This document shows positions 53,801-64,000 of a stretch of DNA of 64,000 nt, one piece after another; the stretch's first letter is position 1; every line of letters begins with the position of its first letter. Source of the DNA: the human T2T-CHM13v2.0 reference genome, Homo sapiens. Both the position numbers and the translations under genes were made by a program. The notes beneath the pieces are model-generated. The model ran no database searches. It was given only the letters and a program-made list of their open reading frames with translations, and was not told where the DNA came from. The stretch lies in the NCBI GenBank assembly GCA_009914755.4, contig CP086569.2, positions 4,800,001-4,864,000 of the forward strand, given 5' to 3'.

Positions 53801-54905
53801 GCAAAAGCACAAAATATTTTTAAGTAAACAGCTATAAATTAGAATATTTTGTTCTTTCCATTAGAGTGTAAGCTCCATGTGATCATTGTCTGCTTTGTTC
53901 CTTCTGTATTCCTAACATGTAGAAAAGTGGCTGAAATATAAGCACATTTTGCCTATGTTAGAGTGTGCTTTAAATAAGTCAGAATTGGTTTTTACATCTT
54001 GAAAAATGGGATATTTTATGTTAAAACAACCTCGCAAAATCACTCCCATGTATAGAGAGACATAAGGAAGATACAATTGCTATGAGCAACCTTATTTTTT
54101 CAAAATGAGAACTAGACATTTTTGTAGCTTTTCAACTACGGGCATTTATGACTGTATCCTATGTATTAGCAAAAAACAGATCTTTGTTTTTCAGGTAGAA
54201 ATAGTAACTAGCCATCCATAACATATTATTTTTCTCTCAGGAGACTGTGTTAAATATGAGTGTACTTATATTGTAAAACAACATCTACCACTAGAGTAAA
54301 AGCCATTTGAAAGTCAATGCACTACAACTGCTGTTTGCTATGGAACACTGTGCAAGAGAGTACTATTTGAAATATTTGAAACACTTTATTACAGCAGGAC
54401 AGGAGGTCAACTGATAGTAACAGAATTTATGTGGACTTCATTTTCTGCAAACTTGGAGAGTAGCCTTTCTATTTTTCCATGTGATTTTTAAAGTCATAAT
54501 TCTAAATATGTCAACATTCATAATAGATCTAGAAATTATTTACATAATCATCAATACTGAAAAGGAAGGGGCAGGCATTCTTTGGACACAAATTAGCATC
54601 ATAGAGGATTATGAAATTTGGCCATTCTGTGTATTAAATTTCCATTTTAAAGTAATGTTACTAGTGTTGAATCTTTTCTTCTCTGATGCATCAACTATTC
54701 CAGTCATCTAAAATTCATTTTTAGCTGAACAAATTTCCATGAAATTATTGTGACTTCTGACAACTTTATTTTTTCTAGTTATTGCAGTCCAACAATCACA
54801 TAATAAACATCACATAAATTGCATGAATTTTTCTCCTATTGAATTAATAAAGCCATGGAGCAAATTATATTTTCTGATGATTCTTAGGTAAGGATTTGGA
54901 AATTT

Positions 54906-56002
<1,097 letters not shown>

Positions 56003-56789
56003 TTACATTTTCATTATTAAGGATAAAGAATCACCCGTTAGCACTGGTGGGTAGGAAAGCTTCCAGTTGCTCTGTCCGGAGCCCTGGCCTGCTGAAGTTG
56101 TAGAGTATTCTAGCTGCAGTAGCAAAGCCTACACCTGCTCATTGGTATGGCTGCTGCTATGGCAGTATTATGGGTGTGGTAATTGGTTCTTCCCTACTTT
56201 TCACAAGTGCTAATGGTCACCAGAGCTGGATGCCAGAAAGAAAACTCCCCTAAGTATCCCGAAAACATCCTCTACCTCTCTGCCATTTCTGTCTATAGGA
56301 AATTGGGCTTCATGGTAATTCACATTGTAGCAAACTTTCGTGAATATCTGTTCCATATCAAAAAATATATGCACTAAAAATACACTTTAAAAGATCTATT
56401 GCTTTTTATTTTAATTGGATATTTATTGCAGTTTAAAGTTGATTTGGCAGTTGATTTTATTAATGAGTAGTCCCTTCAATGTAAAAGTAATAACACTTGA
56501 CTTCTACTTTGGGATGTAATGTTTGAGGTAAGTTGAACAAAAGAAATTTTATGATTTTTCTTAACTATTTAAATTAGACAACAAGCAGTGTTTTTCTGTT
56601 TGTCCCTTGAGTCAGTTGTAAAACTTTCCATTCTAGCTGAAAAGAGGTTACCATTTGTGAACTTTGAAAAATATAAAACTGCCAAAGAATGAATAACTCT
56701 AGAATATAATAGCTGTTTTAATGCATTGTTCCTATAACTATATTGGAAGGGGAAAAATCATATTTACTTTGGGACATATTAATCAGCTA

Positions 56790-57565
56790 GGAATAACAGT
56801 TAGTACAACGCACTACAGAGAACAGTTTGGAGGTTTCTCAAAACACTAAAAATTGAGCTACCATATGATCCAGCAATCCCACTCCTGGGCATATACTGAA
56901 AAGAAAAGGAATCAGTACATCGAAGAGATATCTGTACTCCTATGTTTGTTGCAGCATTGTTCATAATAGCTAAAATTCAGTAGAAACCTAAGTGTCCATA
57001 ACAGATGAATGGCTAAAGAAAATGTGGTACATATAAACAACGGAGTACTATTCAGCCATCAAAAAGAATGAGATCCAGACATTTGCAACAGCATGGATGG
57101 AACTGTGGAACTGGAGATCCTTATGTTAAGTGAAATAGCCCAGGCACAGAAAGACAAACATGACATGTTCTCATTTATTTGTGGGATCTAAAAGTCAAAT
57201 CAATTGAACTCATGGACTTGGAGAGTAGAAAGATGGTTACCAGAGACTGGGAAGGTAGTAGGGAGTATGAGGGAGGTGGGGGTGGTTAATGGGTATGAAA
57301 AAATGGAAAGAATGAATAAAACCTGATATCTGATAACACAATAGGGTGACTATAGTCAATAATAATTATATATTTTAAAGTAAAGAGTGTAATTGAATTG
57401 TTTGTATCTCAAAGGATAAATGCTTGGAAGGATGTATACCCCATTCACCATGATGTCATCATTTTACATTGCATGCCTGTATCGAAACATCTTATATACA
57501 CCATAAATATATACACCTACTATGTACCCACAAACATTTTTTTAAATGTAAAAATTAAAAAGAGA
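56790..57565 (+). mobile_element. L1MA-like 3'-end fragment (ORF2 C-terminus plus 3' UTR)
   Basis: 'gatccagcaatcccactcctgggcatatac...gaatggctaaagaaaatgtggtacatataaacaacggagtactattcagccatcaaaaagaatgagatc...gggtgactatagtcaataataattatatattttaaagtaaagagtgtaattgaattgtttgtatctcaaaggataaatgcttgg...tacccacaaacatttttttaaatgtaaaaattaaaaa'. Confidence 0.85.
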
Positions 57566-58152
57566 AACTAATCAAAATCTAAGCAGAGGGACCTTGAAGA
57601 GGTATCAGAGTGATAATTTTACAAAGGAAAAATGAACAGGCAGATTTTGTCACTAAATAATCACCAGGGTACCCAAGTTAAAATTCTGCATTTTATATTT
57701 AGAAGCAAGTTGGCACAGGGCTGAAACATCAGAAATTCAGTATCCACCAGTAATTTCTTGTTATTGCTAATTCTCATTAGAGGTCTAACCACAAATTGCT
57801 ATCTACCTTTGATATTTAGATCTTGTTCCTCCATGCATCTTAGTATCTTACATATGAGTTTTATTTTTCTGTAAGTACTATATCCATGTATGCAGATCTT
57901 TATTATACATTGTTTTAATATTCTCTATTTACACTGGGAATCAGGTAAAATCAGTTTGTTACTTTGCTGTTATTTAGAAGTGAGGTCTAGAAGTCAGAGA
58001 GTTTCTTAAAAAGTTTTAGTATGTAGCTTTGGTAATATGAGCCAAGCTGACATCTACAAGAGCATAAAATAAATATCTATTATATGCACAAATGACAGCA
58101 TAATAGTAAAGTTGACCGTATTACGAACATTAGTTCACAATCTTAGCATGTA

Positions 58153-61100
58153 TTTTTTTTTTCTTCAACTTTATTTTAAGTTCAGGTGTATATTGCAGGA
58201 TGTGCAGGTTTGTTACATAGGAAAACGTGTCCCATGGTGGTTTGCTGCACAGATCATCAGATCACCTAGGTATTAATCCCAGCATTGATTAGGTATTTTT
58301 CTGGTGCCCTCCTTCCCCTTCCCCCTACCACGACAGGCCCCAGTATGTTGTTTTCCCCCACGTGTCCATAATTGTGGTCCCATAATTCAGCTCCCACTTA
58401 TACATGAGAACGTGTGGTGTTTGATTTTCTGTTCCTGGTTAATTTGCTGGGAATGATGGCTTCTAGCTTCATCCATATCCCTACAAAAGACAAGATCTCA
58501 TTCCTTTTTATGGCTGCATAGTATTCCATGGTGTATATGTACCACATTTCCTTTATCCAGTCTATCATTGATGGGCATTTGGGTTGATTCCATGTCCTTG
58601 GTATTGTGAATAGTGCTGCAATGAACAGAGGCATGCATGTATCTTTACAAGAGAATAATTTATATCCCTTTGGGTATATATCCAGTAATGGGATTGTTGG
58701 GTTAAATGGTATTTCCGCCTCTAGGTCTTTGAGGAATCACCACACTGTCTTCCACAATAGTTGAACTAATTTACACTCACACCAACAGTGTAAAAGCATT
58801 CCTTTTTCTCCACAATTTTACCAGCATCTGTTGTTTTTTGAATTTTTAATAATAGCCATTCTAGATGACATGAGATGGTATCTCACTGTGGCTTTGACTT
58901 GCCTTTCTCTAATGATCAGTGATGTTGAGCTTCGTTTCATATGTTTTTTACCTACATGTATGTCTTCTTTGGAGGAGTGTCTGTTAATGTCCTTTGCTTA
59001 CTTTTTGATGGAGTTGTTTGTTTCTTTCTTGTAAATTTGTTTAAGTTCCTTGTAGACTCTGGAATTTAAGCCTTTGTCAGATGGATAGATTGCAAAAATT
59101 TTCTCCCATTCTGTAGGCTGTCTCTGTTGATAGTTTCTTTTGCTGTGCAGAAGCTCTTTCGTTTAATTAGATCCCATTTGTCAATTTTTGCTATTGTAGC
59201 CATTGCTTTTGGCATTTTCATCATGAAATCTTTGCTTGCACCTATGTCCTAAATCATACTGCCTAGATTTTCTTGTAGGGCTTATATAGTTTTGGGTTTT
59301 ATATTTAAGTCTTTAATCCACACTGAGTTAACTTTTGTGTAAGGTGTAAGGAAAAAGTTCTAGTTTCAATTTTCTGTGTATGGCTAGCCAGCACTCCCAG
59401 CACCAGTTATTAAATAGGGAGTCTTTCACCATTGCTGGCTTTTGTCGATTTTGTCAAAGATCAGACAGGTGTAGTTGTGCAATCTTATTTCTGAGTTCTC
59501 TATTCTGTTCCATTAGTCTATGTGTCTGGTCTTGTACCAGCACCATGCTTTTTTGGTTACTGTAGCCTTGTAGTATAGTTTGAAGTTGGGTAGCATGATG
59601 CCTCCAGCTTTTTGATGTGAGCATTTAATGCTATAAATTTCCCTTTGGCAGTGTCCCAGAGATTCTGGTACACTGTCTCTTCATTCTCAGTAGTTTCAAA
59701 GAACTTCTTGATTTCTACCTTAATTTCATTATTTACCCACAAGACATTCAGGAGCAGGCTGTTCAATTTCCATGTAGTTGTGTGGTTTTGAGTGAATTTC
59801 ATAATCTTGAGTTCTAATTTGATTGTGCTGAGACTGTTTATTATTATTTCAGTTCTTTTCATTTGCTGAGGAGTGTATTACTTCCTATTATGTGATCAAT
59901 TTTAGAGTAACTGCCATGTGGCAATGAAAAGAATGTATATTCTGTTGAATTTGGGTGGAGATTTCTGTAGATTTCTATTAGGTCCACTTGATCCAGAGCT
60001 GAGCTCAGGTCCTGAATATCTTTGTTAATTTTCTGTCTTGACCTGTCTAATATTGTCAGTACATGTTAATGTCCCTCACTATTATTGTGTGGGAGGCTAA
60101 GTCTCTTTTTACATCTCTAAGCACTTGCTTTATGAATCTGGATGTTCCTATATTGGGTTCATATATATTTAGGATAGTTAGCTTTTGAATTGAAACTTTT
60201 ACCATTATGTAATGCCCTTCTTTGTCTTTTTTAAATCCATATTGGTTTAAAGTCTATTTTATTAGAGACTAGGATTGCAACCCCTGCTTTTTTCTATTTT
60301 CCATTTGCTTGGTAAATTTTCCTCCATACCTTTATTTGAGCCTATGTGTGTCTTTGCCCATGAGCTGGGCCTCTTGAAGGCAGCATACCAATGGGTTTGG
60401 CTCTTTATCCATCTTGCCATTCTGTGTCTTTTAATTGGGGCATTTAGCCCATTTACATTTAAGGTTAATATTGTTATGTGTGAATTTGATCCTGCCATCA
60501 TGATGCTAGCTGGTTACTTTGTAGTCTTGTTTATGTAGTTGCTTCATAGTGTCACTAGTCTGTGTACTTTAGTGTGTTTTTGTAGTGGCTGGCAATAGTT
60601 TTTCCTTTCCATATTTAGTGCTTCCTTCAGGACCTCTTGCAAGGTAGGCCTGGTGGTGATGAATTCCCTTAGCCTTCGCTTGTCTGAAAAGGATCTTATT
60701 TCTCCTTCACTTACGAAATGTAGTTTGGTCAGATACAAAATTCTGGGTTGGAAATCCTTTTCTTCAAGAATGTTGAATATTAGCCCCCAATCTCTTCTGG
60801 CTTGTAGGATTTCCACTGAGAAGTCTGCTGTTAGTCTGATGGGTTTCCCTTTGTCAGTAACCTGGCCTTTCTCTCTAGCTGCCCTTTTAACATTTTTTCT
60901 TCAATTTTGATCTTGGAGAATCTGATCATTATGTATCTTGGGGTTGATCTTCTCATGGAGTATCTTACTGGGGTTCTCTGGATTTCCTGAATTTAAATGT
61001 TGGCCTGTCTTGCTAGGTTGGAGAAGTTCTCCTGCATGATATCCTGAAATATGTTTTCCAAGTTGGTTCCATTCTCCCCATCTCTTTCCAGTACCCCAGT

Positions 61101-62985
61101 CAGTCATAGATTTGCTCTCTTTACATAATCCATATTTCTCAGAGGTTTTGTTTGTTCCTTTTCATTCTTTTTTCTCTATTTTTGTCTGCCTGTCTTATTT
61201 CAGAAAGACAGCCTTCAAGCTCTGAGATTCTATGCTCTGCTTAGTCTATTCTGCTGTCAATACTTGTGTTTGCATTGCGAAGTTCTTGTGTTGTGTTTTT
61301 CAGCTCCCTCAGGTCAGTTATGTTTCTCTCTAAACTAGCTATTCTGGCTACCAATTCCTGTATTGTTTTATCATGATTCTTAGCTTCTTTGCATTGGGTT
61401 ACAACATGCTCCTTTAGCTCAATGTAGTTTGTTATTACCCACTTCTTAAGCCTAATCCTATCAATTCAGCCGTCTCAGCTTCAGCCCAGTTCTGTGCCCT
61501 TGCTGGAGAGGTGTTGTGGTCTTTTGGAGGAGAAGAAGCACTCTGGCTTTTTGAGTTTTCAGTGTTTTTGCATTGATTCTTCCTCATATCTGTGGGCTTA
61601 CCTACCTTCAATCTTTTAGGTTGCTGACCTGTGAATAAGGGTTTTGTGGGGTCTTTTTTGTTGATGTTGTTGTTTTCTGTTTGTTTTCCTTTTGACAGTC
61701 AGGCTACTTTACTGTATGGCTGCTGCAGTTTGCTGGGGGTCTGCTTTAGACCCTAGTTGCCTCAGTTTCTCCCATACCTGAAAGTATCACCAGTGAAGGC
61801 CATGAAACAGCAAAGATAACAGCCAGATCCTTCCTCTGGAAGCTCCATCCCAGGGAGATACTGATCTGTTGCCAGCCTACATGCACCTGTAGGAGGAGAC
61901 GGGATACCCATGTTGGCAGGTCTTACCCAGTCAGGAGGAATGAGATAAGGGATCTGCCCCTAGAAGCTGTCTGGCTGCTTTTTGGTAGAGCAGGCATGCT
62001 GCATTGAGGGGCTCTCTTCCTCATCTGGACTACCTGAATTCTCCAAAGCTGGTAGGCTGAAGGAGCTGAGTTGGCCAAACCACAAAGATGGAGGCCACCC
62101 CTTCCACTGCAAGCTCCATCACAGGGAGGGATCAGAGCTCTATTCATAGTACCCTGGCTGGAGTGGCTGGAGCCCCCTCAGAGAGGTCCTGCCCAGTGAG
62201 AAACAATGGATCAGCATCCCACTTAAAGAAGCAGTCTGGCCACCAACTGGCAAGGCAGCTGTGCTGCATTGTTGGGGGGCCCTTCCTTATCTGGACCATC
62301 TGTATTCTCCACAGGGGGCAGGCTGGAATAGCTGAGTCTACCAAACCACAGAGATGGTGGCCACCCCTCCCCCCAGGAATTCAGACTCATCTCAGGCAGA
62401 CTGCAATCTGCTGCCATTGGCTAGCTGGGATTCCAAGCCAGTGGGTCTTAACTTGTGAGGCAACAGGAAGTGGGGCACACAGAACAATGCTGCTTGGCTC
62501 ACTGGATTCAGCACCCTTCCTAGGGATATGTGCGGATGGATTTCCCACCTTACTGGTGATCCCAAGGCCAGAGCATGTAAAGTTCCTGGGTGTCTGTGTG
62601 TGTCTGAGTGGCTGCTCTGCTGAGACTCCACACAGCTCTGTGTGTCAGACCCAAGGCCCTGGTGGTGTGGGCTCATGAAGTGATATCCAGATCCATGTGT
62701 TGCAAAGATCCATGGGAGAAGTGTGGTTTTTCAGGTGGGGTTGCGCAATCACTACCACTTCCCTTGGATGAGGGTGGGGCTTCCTTTGGCTCCATGCCAC
62801 TCCCCCATGGGCCATCACCTTTCCCCACTTTTCTTCATTTTTTTGTGGGTCGAGTTGTTTTCCTAGTCAGTCTCAATGTGAGAACCTGGATATTTCAATT
62901 GAAGATGCTGAATTCCCTCACCCCTTCTTATTCCTCTCCGTGAATACTGTGGACCACAGCTGCTTCTAATTAGCCATCTTGGATC
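58153..62985 (-). mobile_element. Older primate LINE-1 (L1PB/old L1PA-like), complete at both termini but with an internal deletion of roughly 2.2 kb that removes most of the RT domain
   Basis: Poly-T at 58153-58163 followed by the RC 3' UTR. Minus ORFs: 58398-58634 is ORF2 C-terminus ('IAALFTIPRTWNQPKCPSMIDWIKEMWYIYTMEYYAAIKRNEI'). 59557-59862 is the end of the EN domain ('[33 protein letters not shown]...[12 protein letters not shown]'). 60262-60501 is the EN N-terminus ('MAGSNSHITILTLNVNGLNAPIKRHRMARWIKSQ'). 60544-60816 is ORF1 C-terminus ('LQEVLKEALNMERKN...'). About 61100-62960 is the RC of a long GC-richer 5' UTR, ending 'ttagccatcttgg' (RC of the L1 5' start 'CCAAGATGGC'). At about 59610 the sequence jumps from ORF2 residue about 1010 to residue about 265. 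Confidence 0.85.
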
Positions 62986-63339
62986 GTGTTTTTTGCGACA
63001 TTTTTAAAATACACCTTTGTAAACTGTTACTTGTTCTTCTCTCACTGTTTAAATTTATGGAAACAACTAAAGCATGTTTCACGAGGAAAACTTCAACAAG
63101 TCTGACATATATTTTGATATTATTAATGAGGAATATTCAACAAGAAATGCTAATAAGACAGACCTCAGTATAAAGTGGCACTGTTCCCACTATACAGATA
63201 ACACATTTTTCCTAGCTATCGGTAGTGTCAATGGCAGTAATAACAGATTCATACTGCCTGATTCCTTTCTCTCTGAAATAATTTAGAGAAGTTAAACTTA
63301 ATTTTATGTAAAAATGTAAAATTTTCCAATATTTATTTT

Positions 63340-64000
63340 TGGGGTATTTTTTAAACTTTATTGAGCATAATTGACAAAATTGTTTATAATAAAGTGCACA
63401 GCCTGATGATTTGATATATGTGTACATTGTGTGACTGTTACGTCAAGTTAATTAACACATTCATCACTGAAAATAGTTATCCTTTTTTTTTCTTTTTAAT
63501 GAGAACACTTGACATCAACTCTCTTAGTAAATGTCCAGTCTGCAAAACACTGTAGTCACTATGCGGTATTTTAGAGCTTCAGAACTTATTCATCTGAATA
63601 TTCAACTGAACATTTATATCCTTTAACCAATGTCTCCCCATTTTCCACACTCTGGATCCTGGCATCCACCATCCTATTCTGTTTCTCTAAGTACAACATT
63701 ATATTTTCTTTTTAGATTCCATACGTAAATGGAATCATGCAGTATTTTTCTTTCTTTGACTGACTTAAATAAGCCATGTCCTCCAAGTTCATTCAAGTTG
63801 CTGCAAATGGTAGGTTTTCCTTTTTTTAATTGCTGAATAATATTCCATTGCATACTACATTTTCTTTCTTTCTTCATTCATTCATTCATTCATTCATCAA
63901 CTGACATGTTGTTTCCATATCTTGGCTATTGTGAATGCTGCAATAAACATAAGCATGCAGCTATCTCTCTGAGACACTGATTTCATTTCCTTTGGATATA
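63340..64000 (-). mobile_element. L1M 3'-end fragment (continues beyond the window) with an internal (TTCA)n microsatellite
   Basis: 'tttattgagcataattgacaaaattgtttataataaagtgcacagcctgatgatttgatatatgtgtacattgtgtgactgttacgtcaagttaattaacacattcatc...ggaatcatgcagtatttttctttctttgactgacttaaataagccatgtcctccaagttcattcaagttgctgcaaatggtagg...attgctgaataatattccattgcatac...ccatatcttggctattgtgaatgctgcaataaacata' is the reverse complement of the old-L1 3' end. (TTCA)n lies at 63862-63897. Confidence 0.85.

Noticed and set aside
60262-60816. Minus-strand ORFs (79 aa, 90 aa) as genes
   Set aside because: They are L1 ORF2 endonuclease N-terminus ('MAGSNSHITILTLNVNGLNAPIKRHR') and ORF1 C-terminus remnants of the internally deleted L1.
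62088-62678. 196-aa plus-strand ORF as a gene
   Set aside because: It lies entirely antisense within the 5' UTR of a minus-oriented L1. It is recorded as a low-priority curiosity under the L1 finding (antisense promoter/ORF0 location) but is most likely a chance ORF in GC-rich repeat sequence.

Overview
This window is human (primate) nuclear DNA, not a prokaryotic or viral locus. The evidence is three Alu SINEs, MIR SINEs, a MADE1 mariner MITE, MaLR/ERVL LTRs, about 15 LINE-1 fragments and many dinucleotide microsatellites. The sequence is AT-rich with almost no CpG. I see no CpG island, no convincing spliced exon or host protein-coding gene, and no tRNA or rRNA gene. By eye, about 35-40% of the window is LINE-1 derived. 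Every long ORF in the six-frame track falls in LINE-1 ORF1/ORF2 remnants, in the antisense strand of repeats, or in translated microsatellite or polypurine tracts. The window therefore looks like a gene-poor, repeat-dense intergenic or deep-intronic region. The idea that it holds an undescribed biological system (operon, defence island, CRISPR) is not supported. What is interesting here is repeat structure and insertion history: (1) two L1 insertions with 5'-inverted, twin-primed architecture, each bounded by an exact 16-17 bp target-site duplication; (2) two L1PA segments 34 kb apart that are about 99% identical and share many non-consensus positions; (3) an ERVL provirus 3' end with a recognisable but disrupted dUTPase domain next to its MLT2-type LTR, plus two more MLT2 solo LTRs; (4) two L1 copies that keep an intact 5' terminus, one 3'-truncated and one with an RT-domain deletion of roughly 2 kb; (5) a 320-bp pure polypurine (GA) tract and several long (TG)n, (TA)n, (CA)n(GA)n tracts with non-B-DNA potential. 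Family names (L1PA, L1PB, L1MA, MLT2, THE1/MST) come from recall of consensus sequences and should be confirmed with RepeatMasker/Dfam.
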